A stretch of 64,000 bases of DNA from an uncultured Phycisphaerales bacterium (GCA_963758525.1 CAVWVQ010000003.1:2208001-2272000); one strand, 5' to 3'. Counted from the stretch's first letter, positions 1 to 10,173 are shown. Numbers and translations are program-made. The notes: a model not told the origin generated them from the letters alone.

Positions 1-101
1 GGGAAATGCGGCAGGGCGGAATTTTGCGCGATCGGACGTACTTTTCCGGTGTTTGCCGCTAGCATGGCAGGGCGCCTGTTGGTACCGGCGCAAAGTTTCA
101 C

Positions 102-1009
102 ATGTCATCTGCGAATTTGAAGATCGGTGTGGTCGCGGGGGCGCTCACGGCAGACGTGCGCAAGTCGCGCGAGTGGCGCGGCAGATGGGCTTCGCGGGCC
201 TTGCGATCGATGCGGTTTCGTCATCGCTGGATGTCACGTCTCTTGCCGCCAGCGGTCGGCGCGAGCTTCGCCATCTCTTCGCTTCCGAATCGCAGCATCT
301 GATTGGGCTGCGGGTTGATCTGGGCGCCAACGGCCTGACGCCCGGCGCCGATATCGATCACATTCTCAGCCGTCTCGAAGCGATCATGGAAGCCGCGGCC
401 GGACTGGCGGCGCCGCTGCTCTGTCTTGATGTTGGCTTGCTTCCGGAGCCTGCCCGGATCATCCCACCCAAACCGGCCATCGCGGCCGAGCAGGCGGGAC
501 TGATTTTGATTCCCGCGCCAGCTCAAGATCCTGCACCCTCGCATGAGGAGGAGGCGCCCCCCGATTCCGCGCATGTTTCGCTGGTTCATTCCGCTCTCGA
601 TGAACTCGGCCGCCGCGCCGACCGCTTCAGCGTCACCGTCGCGCTGCGTTCGGGTCTCTCGTCGTTTGCATCGCTTCATGCGGTTTTGCGGTCTGCCAAC
701 TGTCCCTGGTTTGGTTTGGATCTGGACCCGGCCGCAGTGATCGCCGATCGATGGACGGTGGATGAGATTTTCTCCGCCTTGGCCGCGGAGATTCGCCATG
801 TCCGCGCCCGCGACGCACTTCGCGGCACCGATCATCGCACGCGGCCGGTTGTGATTGGCTCGGGAGCCACCGACTGGCCCGCCCTGCTCGCCTCCCTCGA
901 CGCCGCCGGTTTTCACGGCTGGCTGACGATCGACCCCACCGACCTGTCCGACCGTCCCGGCGCCGCGGCAGAAGGAAGCGCGTACCTTCGAAGGGTCATT
1001 GCGCGGTAA
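102..1009 (+). CDS. Xylose isomerase-like/AP endonuclease 2 TIM-barrel protein (sugar phosphate isomerase/epimerase family), apparent frameshift near 165
   Basis: N-terminus MSSANLKIGVVAGAL (ORF 102) joins the 53..1009 frame: ARQMGFAGLAID, LDLDPA, HVRARDA, GSGATDWPALL, GFHGWLTID. Confidence 0.7.
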
Positions 1010-1059
1010 ACGGGAATTCGCGTTCGGAGGCGGTGGGGAAGGCGCGAGCACTGCGATGC

Positions 1060-1130
1060 GAAATCCGAATGACGAAACCAGAAGCCGGAATCAATTTGAT
1101 TCGGAATTCGGGTTTCGTCATTCGGGTTTC
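1060..1130. repeat. Inverted repeat of the GAATGACGAA family between convergent genes
   Basis: GAAATCCGAATGACGAAACC (1060-1079) pairs with GGTTTCGTCATTCGGGTTTC (1111-1130); same words at 3771-4047, 6803-6993 and 26516-26740. Confidence 0.85.
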
Positions 1131-1137
1131 CCGAACC

Positions 1138-2138
1138 TCAAAGAAGTCTCTCCCCAATCTGGACCGCATTGGTCGCCGCTCCCTTGCGAATCTGGTCTCC
1201 GCTGACAAACATCTCGATGCCGCGGCCGTCTTCCCGGCTGATATCCTGACGGATACGCCCGACCAGCACGTCGTCCTGGTGGCTCGCCTCGAGCGGCATG
1301 GGGAAATGATTCTTCTCGCGATCGTCGACGATCGTGACGCCGGGCGCCTTGCCGAGGATGTCGCGGACCTGCTGCGGCGACATCGGGCGCTCGAATTCGA
1401 GATTGATCGCCTCGCAATGGGCCCGTGGAATCGGCACGCGGACGCAAGTCGCGGTCACCATGATTTTCGAGTCGCCGAAAATCTTCCGCGTCTCGTTCAC
1501 CATCTTGTTCTCTTCTTCGTTGTATCCGTTCTCCGCGATTCTGGTGTTGTGGCTGAAAAGATTGTTCACGATTTGATGCGGAAAGAGCGATCGCTCGATC
1601 GACGATCCGCTCGCGTATGCCTTGATCTGCCGCTCCAATTCATGGAGTCCCTGCGCGCCGCGCCGCTGACAGCCTGGTACGTGCTCACGATGATGCGCTT
1701 GACGCGATTGGCCTTGTGCAACGGCCAGACCGGAACATTCATGATGATCGTCGAGCAGTTCGGATTGGCGATCAGTCCGACGTGCTTTGCTATTTGCTCC
1801 GGATTCACCTCGGGGATCACCAGCGGGATGCCCTCTTTCATGCGGAAGGCGCTGGTATTGTCGATTACGACCGCCCCCGCGGCTACTGCCGCCGGCGCGA
1901 ACTCCCGGCTGATGCTCCCGCCGGCACTGAAAAATGCGATTTGCACGCCCTTAAACGAGTCTTTTGTGAGTTCTTCGACGGTATACGTCTTGCCTGCAAA
2001 GTCGATCGTCTTGCCCGCACTGCGCGCGCTGGCCAGCAGCTTCAGGGAGCGCATGGGGAACTTGCGCTCCGCCAGGACGGTGAGAAATTCCTGTCCAACG
2101 GCGCCGGTGGCGCCGACAATCGCAACATGCACGGACAT
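1138..2138 (-). CDS. asd: Aspartate-semialdehyde dehydrogenase, apparent frameshift near 1650
   Basis: VAIVGATGAVG, IANPNCST, STYQAVSGA in ORF 1566..2138; GYNEEENKMVNETRKI, ATCVRVPI, GDQIRKGAATNAVQI in ORF 1138..1638. Confidence 0.95.
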
Positions 2139-2232
2139 CGCAAAAACTCCGCAAAATCAAGGTTTGGGAAACGAATAGCATCTTACGGGCGCGCAGCGCG
2201 TATTGTCACGCGTTGTGCGTCCCGGCGTCCGA

Positions 2233-3655
2233 CTATCGCCGCCGCTTGTGTCGGCGATTGATCGGAATTTTGCTCCCGATCGTGCGAGGCGGAGCTTGCA
2301 GCGTGATCGGTGCTGGCTGACCCTCGGCCGCAGGGGCGCTGGGAGCGCCAAAGGAGCCGTAGGGGCGCTCGAAGCGGCTGACGACCGGAGTCGAGGGCGC
2401 GTTTGGCGTCATCCCCGGCTTGTCCACCGTCCAATCCGCCGGCGCGGGCCGCGGTTCAAAACCCGGAACCGTCGCAAGCGGAATCACCATGTTGATCAGC
2501 GATTCCACTTTTGTCAGCTCATCGCCCTGCTGTGGGGTGACGATCGTGAACGCCTTGCCGGCCGCGCCCATGCGTGCCGTGCGCCCGATGCGATGCACAT
2601 ACGCTTCAGGATCGTCCGGGATGTCGTAGTTGATGATGTGGCTTATATCCGCCACGTCGATGCCGCGGCTGGCCAGATCGGTTGCGACCAGCACGTCGAA
2701 TTTCCCCCCGCGAAAGCTTTTCATCACGCGCTCTCGCTTGTTCTGGGCAAGATTGCCGTGAATCTCCCGGCACTCGATGCCGTCGGCATGCAGCCGCTTG
2801 GCGATTTTCTCGGCGCCGCGCTTGGTCCGCGTGAAGACGATCGCCAAATCGGGGTTTTGTTCCTCGAGCAGCGCCCGCAGCAGACGATATTTGTCCCATT
2901 CGCCGCAGGAGAGGTAATACTGCTCGACGTTCTCCACCGTCGGCTTGTCGTCGGCGCCGGGCGCGATCAGCTTCTCGATCGGCTCGCGCATGTACTGGCG
3001 GCTGAGTTTTTCGATTTCCGGGCTGATCGTCGCCGAGACGAAGATCGTCTGATGTGATCGCTGTGCGGGCGCATCCTGCCCGTCTGTATCATTATCATTC
3101 TCCGCATTGTCACGATCGTTGCGCATTCCGCTGACGCCCTTGACGCGCGAGAGGATATTGCGAATGTCGTCGCGAAATCCGATGTCGAGCATGCGATCCA
3201 CTTCGTCGAGAATGACGAAGCGGACGTTGCGGAAATCGATGATGCGCCGATCCAGCAGGTCGATGACGCGGCCCGGCGTGCCGATCAGAATCTCGGGGCT
3301 GTGCTTCAGGAATTTCATCTGGGCGACGATTTTCTGCCCGCCGTAGACGGCAACCGAACGAATCGGCGTGTACTGCCCGAGCCGTTTCACTTCCTCGTCG
3401 ACCTGCACCGCCAATTCGCGCGTGGGGACGAGCATGATCGCCTGCGTGGCCAGCCCCTTGGTGACCTGCGAGAGAACCGGGATGGCAAACGCCGCGGTTT
3501 TGCCCGTGCCGGTGCGCGCCTGGCCGAGCAGATCGACCCCTGCCAGCGCGCGGAATCAGCAGCGCCTGGATTTCCGACGGTACCGTGAATTTTGCTTCGG
3601 CCAGCGCACGAAGGATGGACGGACGAACGCCCAAAGCGGCAAACGCATCGGGCAT
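2233..3655 (-). CDS. DEAD/DEAH-box RNA helicase, apparent frameshift near 3555
   Basis: Q motif (FAALGV...PSEIQ), GTGKT, PTRELA, GTPGRV, LDEVDRMLDIGF, SAT, ATDLASRGID, YVHRIGRTAR. Confidence 0.93.
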
Positions 3656-3770
3656 CGGGGCATGTTCAGTTTTGTCGCTCAAGAATCTCCTGGAGTTACC
3701 CTGAAAAAGAGGCGGGATTGTAGCGGCTGCCGCCATCGCTTTCCAATATGCGACGGGGGCTGTCGATGGC

Positions 3771-4047
3771 GGAAATCCGAATTGCGAAACCAGAACGACG
3801 AATCAAGCCCGAATGACCAAACCAGAATCCCCGAATCAAAGAATCAAATCAGAATGACGAATGACTGAATGGGGAGATGTAGCACCGCCGCCCTCGGCAG
3901 TGCGAGCTTCAAATCAGCACGACGGCGACTGCCCGCCATAGTCTTCATTCGGTCATTCGTCATTCTGGTTTGATTCTTTGATTCTGGTTTCTGATTTCGT
4001 CATTCGGGTTGCGGCTGGGGAATCGAGCTTCGTCATTCGAATTTCCC
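3771..4047. repeat. Large imperfect hairpin of the GAATGACGAA family with a REP-like arm in its loop
   Basis: 3833-3871 pairs with 3946-3984 (39 nt, two G-T mismatches), outer arms more degenerate; loop contains GTAGCACCGCCGCCCTCGGCAGTG at 3879, resembling the element at 41516. Confidence 0.85.
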
Positions 4048-4056
4048 CGCAACCCC

Positions 4057-6195
4057 CTACCGCTCCGTCCCATGCAACTGCCCCTCATACAGTTGCTCGT
4101 AAATCTCGCAGGTTCGCAGCAGCTCTTCATGGCTTCCCTGGCCGACGATTCGGCCGCGATCCATCACGACGATCCAATCGGCACTCTTGATGGTGCTGAA
4201 GCGATGGGCGATGACAAACGTCGTGCGCTCGTGCAGCATGCCGTCGATGGCTTTCTGAATAAGCTGTTCGCTCTCGGCATCCACCTGGCTGGTCGCTTCA
4301 TCCAGGATCAGAATCGGAGCTTTGCGAAAGATGGCGCGGGCGATGCAAAGCCGCTGCTTTTGGCCGCCGGAGAGCTGGCCGCCGAGGCCTCCGAGCGAAA
4401 ATGCATAGCCAGCCGGTTTTTGGAGGATGAAATCGTGCGCGAAGGCGCGCGTCGCGGCATTGTGAATGTCGGCTTCGGCTGCAAGAGGGCTTCCGTATGC
4501 GATGTTTTGCGCGATCGTCCCCGGGAAGATGACGGAGTCTTGCGTGACGATGCTGATCTGACGCCGCAGCGATCGCAGGGCGGCGTCGCGAATGTCGATC
4601 CCATCGATGAGGATGCGCCCCTCCTGCGGATCGTAGAAACGCGGGAGCAGCGCCAACAGCGTGGTCTTGCCGCTGCCGTTGCGACCGACGACGGCGATGC
4701 ATTTTCCCTTGGGGACCACGAGACTGACATCATCCAGCGCCGGGCTGCTCGCGCCGGGATAGGTGAACGTGACGTTTTCGAACCGCACTTCCCGCTGCAA
4801 CGGCGGAAGCTTCACGAAGCGAGACGGAGCGTGCAGCCCATTGCCGTTGGTGGACGGCAGCGGCGCCTCCAGATCGCGCGTCCGTTCGATCGGCAGCGAA
4901 ATGATCTCAAAAATGCGCCCAGCCGCGGCGCTGGCCTTCTGGACGGTGTTGTTCACTTTACTGACGCGGCGGAGCGAATCGCCCATGCTGGCGAGACACG
5001 CCATCACCACGATGAAGCTTGCGATCGACAGCGTCTGTGACACGCAGACCATGTAGGACGCGAAAATCACCACGATGCAGACCACGAAAAATGTCAGCGT
5101 CTCCAACGACGGGCCGGTAAACGAGTCGATCCGGCTCATGCGCAGCTGCTGTTTGACCAGTTCGTCCATGATGCGCGTGTAGCGCCGCCGTTCAAATCGC
5201 TCGGCCGTGGCCCCTTTGACCACGCGAATGCCGTGCAGCGACGCCTCGATCTGCCCGAGCATGGACGCGGAATTCATCAGCGCCTTCTTGCTCGCGCGCC
5301 GCATCTTCTTTCCCATCTTTTTAATCACGGCCAGCATCAGCGGCGCGAAGAGCACGACGAAGATGGTCAGCTTCCAGCTCACCGTTACCGCAACGGCAAA
5401 CGCCATCACCGCCTTGATCGGCTCCTGCACGGTCTGGCCGAGGATCGTCTTGTATCCCTCCTGCAACCCCTGCGCGTCCTGCACGAGCCGGCTGGTAACG
5501 TCGCTGGTGCCGCTCAGGTTGAAGTGACTCAACGGCACATGCAGGATGTGATCGTAGAGCCGGCGCCGGATGTCATTAACGGCAAGAATCGCCACCTTGT
5601 CGGAGAAATATTCCTGAAAGAAATCGACGAAGTTGGCCACGACGGACAGGCACGCCAGCAGCCCGAGGACCAGGGCGATGGCCTTGACCGGATGCGTTGG
5701 AAATCGCATGGCGATGTGCCGCGCAGCTACGAGATAACCCGGGAGCGGCGGAAGCGCCAGCGCCACGTCACCTCGGTTGAAAACCTCCACAGTTGCCGTC
5801 GCCTGCGCCGGATCAGAGAGCGCGGCGAGCGATGCGGTTGGCAGCTTCGGACCATCGCCGGGAAGACTCAGGACATCGAATTTGTGCAGCCCCGCGCGTT
5901 CCGCGGCGCCGCCGGGCGTGAGCTTGACGATTCGCAGTTCGTTGACGTCGTCGCTGAAGCGCACGCCCAGCCGGTGGGCGGCTATCTCGCGCTGTGCCCA
6001 CGTCGGAACGGTATCCCCTTTGAACAGCACATTGCAGATCGGCAGAAGCGTCCCCAGTCCGCTGGTCGCGGCCGCCGCGCAGAAGAAGGCGCAGACAATT
6101 GAGACGACCATCAGCCGCCAGTAGGGCGTGATGAATCGCATCGCCCGCCAGAAGTCAGCTGTGCTCTTTTTTTTGCGAACACCGTCAGAAGCCAT
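4057..6195 (-). CDS. MsbA-like ABC exporter (fused TMD+NBD) with a PDZ-like insert
   Basis: GRNGSGKT, LSGGQKQRL, ILILDEATS, IAHR; TM segments; RLGVRF...IVKLTPGGAAERAGLHKFDVL after TM1; start placed at MASDG (6195). Confidence 0.9.
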   Translation of the reverse strand: MASDGVRKKKSTADFWRAMRFITPYWRLMVVSIVCAFFCAAAATSGLGTLLPICNVLFKGDTVPTWAQREIAAHRLGVRFSDDVNELRIVKLTPGGAAERAGLHKFDVLSLPGDGPKLPTASLAALSDPAQATATVEVFNRGDVALALPPLPGYLVAARHIAMRFPTHPVKAIALVLGLLACLSVVANFVDFFQEYFSDKVAILAVNDIRRRLYDHILHVPLSHFNLSGTSDVTSRLVQDAQGLQEGYKTILGQTVQEPIKAVMAFAVAVTVSWKLTIFVVLFAPLMLAVIKKMGKKMRRASKKALMNSASMLGQIEASLHGIRVVKGATAERFERRRYTRIMDELVKQQLRMSRIDSFTGPSLETLTFFVVCIVVIFASYMVCVSQTLSIASFIVVMACLASMGDSLRRVSKVNNTVQKASAAAGRIFEIISLPIERTRDLEAPLPSTNGNGLHAPSRFVKLPPLQREVRFENVTFTYPGASSPALDDVSLVVPKGKCIAVVGRNGSGKTTLLALLPRFYDPQEGRILIDGIDIRDAALRSLRRQISIVTQDSVIFPGTIAQNIAYGSPLAAEADIHNAATRAFAHDFILQKPAGYAFSLGGLGGQLSGGQKQRLCIARAIFRKAPILILDEATSQVDAESEQLIQKAIDGMLHERTTFVIAHRFSTIKSADWIVVMDRGRIVGQGSHEELLRTCEIYEQLYEGQLHGTER

Positions 6196-6205
6196 ATTTC
6201 GTACC

Positions 6206-6348
6206 GTACCACGGGTTTCCAACCCGTGCGACCCGCGCCAGTTGAACGCTCCGGTTATCATTGACAAAAAAAGTGGAGTTGAAATCTCTGCAGCAAAGGT
6301 CACCTTAAAAGCCGGCGCCGCTTGCACGGGTTGGGAAACCCGTGGTAC
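6206..6348. repeat. REP-like inverted doublet filling the divergent intergenic region
   Basis: GTACCACGGGTTTCCAACCCGTG (6206-6228) and CACGGGTTGGGAAACCCGTGGTAC (6325-6348); each arm is itself a hairpin. Confidence 0.85.
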
Positions 6349-6357
6349 ATTTCGGCG

Positions 6358-6783
6358 ATGAACGTGCTTCCCTTTTTGGCTGATGGCAACGCCGACCCGC
6401 GTTCGAGCTGGGCGCCGGTGGTGTTGCTTCTGGTGATCGCGATCGGCTTCGCGGTGACGAATCTGGCGCTGTCGCTGATCGTCGGCCCGTCGCGCACCGG
6501 CCCGGGCAAGGAGAGCACTTACGAAAGCGGCATGGTCCCCATCGGCGATGCCCGCCGGCGGTTTAACGTTCGCTTCTACATCGTCGCGATGATCTTCCTC
6601 GTCTTCGATGTGGAAATCGTCTTCATGTACCCATGGGCGACAATCTACGCCTACAGCACCCGCAGCGAAGGGATCGGCGGACTCGACAGCGGCCTGCTGC
6701 TGCTGGAAATCATCGTATTCATTGCGATTTTGCTGCTCGCCTACTTCTACGCGTGGGGCAAGGGCGTCTTCCGGTGGGACTGA
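6358..6783 (+). CDS. nuoA: NADH-quinone oxidoreductase subunit A
   Basis: KESTYESGMVP, RFNVRFYIVAMIFLVFDVEIVFMYPWA, YAWGKGVFRWD. Confidence 0.95.
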   Translation: MNVLPFLADGNADPRSSWAPVVLLLVIAIGFAVTNLALSLIVGPSRTGPGKESTYESGMVPIGDARRRFNVRFYIVAMIFLVFDVEIVFMYPWATIYAYSTRSEGIGGLDSGLLLLEIIVFIAILLLAYFYAWGKGVFRWD

Positions 6784-6802
6784 CGCGACGCTCTCGCGTC
6801 GC

Positions 6803-6993
6803 GGAAACCAGAAACCCGAAACCCGAATGACGAATCAAATAATCAAATCCTAATTCTCGAATGAGAGCGCGTCACTTGGGTCTCTCACTGGCACGGCGTC
6901 AATTAAACAAATGTCGTGGGATACGCACGGCGTTTCATTCGGATTTCGTCATTCGGGCTTGATTCTGGTTTCGGATTTCGTCATTCGGGTTTC
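6803..6993. repeat. Imperfect hairpin of the GAATGACGAA family downstream of nuoA
   Basis: GAAACCCGAATGACGAATCAA on the left; TTTCGTCATTCGGG twice on the right. Confidence 0.8.
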
Positions 6994-7051
6994 AGCGGAA
7001 GGGGCCAAAGCTTCAACATTCGAATCTTCGCGCAGCACTTCAAGGCACAAG

Positions 7052-7156
7052 TCACCGCAGATATATAACTCCCGCCCCCAGCGCCGCGGCGGCGGCGAAG
7101 AAGACACCGAGCTCAGCACACTGCGACACAACTTGGACCAGACGGGCACGGAACAT
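7052..7156 (-). CDS. Putative 34-aa small membrane protein
   Basis: AAGGGAGC Shine-Dalgarno-like site 4 nt before ATG; MFRARLVQVVSQCAELGVFFAAAAALGAGVIYLR has one hydrophobic helix. Confidence 0.4.
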   Translation of the reverse strand: MFRARLVQVVSQCAELGVFFAAAAALGAGVIYLR

Positions 7157-7321
7157 GAACGCTCCCTTACAGGCAAAGCTCCATATCACCCGGCTGCTCC
7201 GCAGCCTGTCGCCCGATGATCCGTGGGTTCGGTGAACTACTCTGTCCATCGTCACGACTGAACTGAATTCTTCGCGGATTCCGCAGCGCTGAAAGTGATT
7301 TCACATTTCTTGGCGACATTG

Positions 7322-7352
7322 GCAAGTTTGATGCTGTCTTTGCCAAACTTGC
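7322..7352. promoter_or_regulatory. Possible operator: GCAAGTTTG-N13-CAAACTTGC inverted repeat
   Basis: Perfect 9-bp arms in an AT-richer intergenic stretch upstream of the small ORF. Confidence 0.3.
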
Positions 7353-7463
7353 ATCCCCTGACGCGCGGCTATGGGACCGCAAATTGTGAATCTGTATGGC
7401 TGATGCGGCGCAAGCGTTTCCCCGCGGCCCCCGGACTTCCAACGGGCATCACCAACTGACTTC

Positions 7464-8534
7464 TCAGCCGCCCCGCACGACCGTGCGAAGCCCGGCGACG
7501 TACGGAGCCGTGACAATCCCGTTTTCCGTGATGATTGCGCTGACCAGCTCGCTGGGCGTCACGTCGAAAGCCGGGTTGTAGACATCGACGCCTGGGGGGG
7601 CGGTGACGCGGCCAAGCCCGCGTGTCACTTCGGCGGGGTCGCGCTGTTCGATGGGAATTTCCCGGCCGCTGGGAAGAGACAGGTCGATGCTGCTGGTCGG
7701 CGCGGCGACGTAGAAGGGGATCCCGAAATGTTTGGCAAGAATCGCGACCGACAGCGTGCCGATCTTATTGGCCACGTCGCCGTTGGCAGCGACGCGATCG
7801 GTTCCGACGATGACCGCCTTGATCTTTCCCTGCTGCATGACCGCCGCCGCCATGCTGTCGCACAGGACGGTGACGGGGATGCCGCTGGCGTGCAGCTCGT
7901 ACGCGGTGATTCGGCTTCCCTGCAGCAGCGGGCGCGTTTCATCGGCAAAGACATGAAACTGCACGCCGCGCTCGGCGCCCACGTAGATCGGCGCCAGCGC
8001 AGTGCCGTAGGCGACCGTTGCCAGGCTTCCGGCGTTGCAATGCGTGAGGACCGGCACGATTCCCTGGTCGTTGGCGAGTTTCTGCAGGAGCGACAAGCCG
8101 TGCTCGCCGATCGCGCGGCAAACGGCGCGGTCCTCCTGGTGCATGGCGATGGCTTCATCGAGCATGCGCTGCTTGATCATCGGAAGCAGTTGCCCGCGAC
8201 GCTTCGCATCTTGTGCGACGCGCGCGACTCGATCCACCGCCCACGCGAGGTTCACCGCTGTCGGCCGGCTCGATTTCAGGTAGTTGCCGACTTCTTCCAG
8301 ACGGCCGAAGAAGGTATCGATGTCGCCCGGATCGCCGCCCGAATCGCACACTCCCAGAAAAAGTCCGAACGCGGCGGCCACGCCGATCGCCGGCGCACCG
8401 CGCACGACGAGCCGCTTGATCGCGTCCCACATTTCCCGTTCGTCGCGAATCTCGACGTAGATGGTCTCCGCCGGCAAGCGCGTCTGATCGAGCAGACGAA
8501 CAACCGTTCCTGTCCATGCGATGGTTTCGAGCAT
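7464..8534 (-). CDS. mtnA: S-methyl-5-thioribose-1-phosphate isomerase
   Basis: LDQTRLP, VRGAPAIG, SRPTAVNL, LTHCNAGSLAT, ETRPLLQGSRITAYEL, ANKIGT, NPAFDVTP. Confidence 0.95.
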   Translation of the reverse strand: MLETIAWTGTVVRLLDQTRLPAETIYVEIRDEREMWDAIKRLVVRGAPAIGVAAAFGLFLGVCDSGGDPGDIDTFFGRLEEVGNYLKSSRPTAVNLAWAVDRVARVAQDAKRRGQLLPMIKQRMLDEAIAMHQEDRAVCRAIGEHGLSLLQKLANDQGIVPVLTHCNAGSLATVAYGTALAPIYVGAERGVQFHVFADETRPLLQGSRITAYELHASGIPVTVLCDSMAAAVMQQGKIKAVIVGTDRVAANGDVANKIGTLSVAILAKHFGIPFYVAAPTSSIDLSLPSGREIPIEQRDPAEVTRGLGRVTAPPGVDVYNPAFDVTPSELVSAIITENGIVTAPYVAGLRTVVRGG

Positions 8535-8535
8535 A

Positions 8536-10173
8536 TTACTTGCCGGCGCCTTCCTTGAGCTGGCTCAAATTGACCACGCCGCCGGCAATATCCAGCTTGA
8601 CGATAAAATTGCGGAGGAAAGGGCCGCCGAGCAGGCACTCGGCCTTCACTTCGGGCGGCAGGACGACGCACTCGACATTCTCAACGGAAAACTCCCCAAG
8701 GCGGACGCTGCGAAGCGATTCCACGAATGCGGTGCTGTGCTTCCCATCGGCGGCCACGAATTCCTCCTTGGGGGTTTCGGGCCCGGGAACGATGCCGAGC
8801 TTCTTTGCCACGTCGGCGGTGAGCAGAATGCTGGCCGCTCCGCTGTCGAGAATCATCCGGGTGGTCACTTCACCATTCAGCAACACGTCGACGGCCGGCA
8901 CGCCCCCTTCGAGCTGGAACGGGATTGCCTGTGATTTCATCCATTGCGTCTGCGCACGCGTCCAGGCCAGCGCCTCTTTAAACGGGGCGGAAGGGCCGAG
9001 CTTTTGTGCCGTCGCGGATTTGACGTTCAGCGCGGACAACGCGGAGGCAACCTCCGGGTCCTTTGCAAGAGTATCGTATTGTTGCTGTGCGGCTTCGAGG
9101 GTGTTGCTGAAGGTGACCAGCGCGTCAGTGTATTTATTACGGGTATCCAGCATTGCAGCCAGGGCGGCTTCACGATCCTTCAGATACGCATCCGCCTTTT
9201 CCCATCGCTCCAACTGAGCATTCATCTTGTCGACCTGCTGGTTGTAAGTGGCATATGCCTTGGGCATGCTCTTGAGCTGCGTTTCCATCTGGCTCCAGGC
9301 CGCGTGCTGCGTCTCGACATCCGCCTTGGCGGCTTTCACCTGTCTCTGAAGCTGGACCCGGCGTGCATTGTCCGCCTCCATGTGATTGCGCTCGATGCGA
9401 ACCGCTCGCTGCGTATCGGCCAGCTTGAGGTCGGCATCCAGCAGATACAGAAAGCCGGACTTGTTGAGGCCTTTGGATTTGAGCGTGTCTTCGGGAGGCA
9501 GGACGCTGGCGGGCTTGGCTGGGGGGGCAACGGCGGTGTCGACCGCGGCAGACTGGCGAATCTGCGCCAAGCGCGCATTTCCCCGGGTGACCTGGTCCGG
9601 GTCGGAAATCTCGGCGATGCGAATGAAACACCGGCAGATCTGCTCGGCAACGTCGTATCGCTCGGCCACCATGGCGTCGTCGATCGCCGACCAGGCGATG
9701 CCCAGGAAATGAGTGCGGTCGGCGGCGGCGTGGAGCGTTTTGCTCACGGCAAGAGTGGCCTGGGCCTTGAGCGCCGGTCCATCGACCGCGAAGGCGCCGT
9801 TGAGCGCATCGATCGCCCCATAGGCGGCGGAGAGATCGCCGGCCTCGACAGCGATGTCACGCGCAATCGTCAGAATCGCGTAATGCTTTGCGTTGTCCGG
9901 TTCATCGGCCGCGACCGTCACCAGTTTCGACGCGAGCGCCGCTTTCTGCGCAGGCAGGCCCGCGGCAGCGCGGTCGTGTGCGATGGTGCTTGAGACCGAG
10001 GTCGTGGCTGCTTTCAGGGACGTCGCGTCCGGGACGGGCAGCCGTGAATCCGGCGTGGGGTCTGCCGCGGTACAGCGAAATGTGGGTCCGCCCAATGCAA
10101 GGAGCGCGACGATCAACGTTCCCGCAGGCGCACGGCGAAGACATTTGCGTACTGACCGGGAAAACAGTTCCAT
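8536..10173 (-). CDS. Secreted helical/coiled-coil protein with C-terminal retropepsin-like (clan AA) aspartic protease
   Basis: N-terminal hydrophobic segment; long heptad-like region; MILDSGAASILL, AADG, CLLGGPFL. Confidence 0.8.
   Translation of the reverse strand: MELFSRSVRKCLRRAPAGTLIVALLALGGPTFRCTAADPTPDSRLPVPDATSLKAATTSVSSTIAHDRAAAGLPAQKAALASKLVTVAADEPDNAKHYAILTIARDIAVEAGDLSAAYGAIDALNGAFAVDGPALKAQATLAVSKTLHAAADRTHFLGIAWSAIDDAMVAERYDVAEQICRCFIRIAEISDPDQVTRGNARLAQIRQSAAVDTAVAPPAKPASVLPPEDTLKSKGLNKSGFLYLLDADLKLADTQRAVRIERNHMEADNARRVQLQRQVKAAKADVETQHAAWSQMETQLKSMPKAYATYNQQVDKMNAQLERWEKADAYLKDREAALAAMLDTRNKYTDALVTFSNTLEAAQQQYDTLAKDPEVASALSALNVKSATAQKLGPSAPFKEALAWTRAQTQWMKSQAIPFQLEGGVPAVDVLLNGEVTTRMILDSGAASILLTADVAKKLGIVPGPETPKEEFVAADGKHSTAFVESLRSVRLGEFSVENVECVVLPPEVKAECLLGGPFLRNFIVKLDIAGGVVNLSQLKEGAGK

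Noticed and set aside
1138..2138. asd and other split genes as pseudogenes or programmed frameshifts
   Set aside because: Too many conserved genes are affected, with no shared slippery motif; assembly error is more parsimonious
3771..4047. Repeat clusters as CRISPR arrays
   Set aside because: They are inverted and degenerate, with no regular repeat-spacer period and no cas genes
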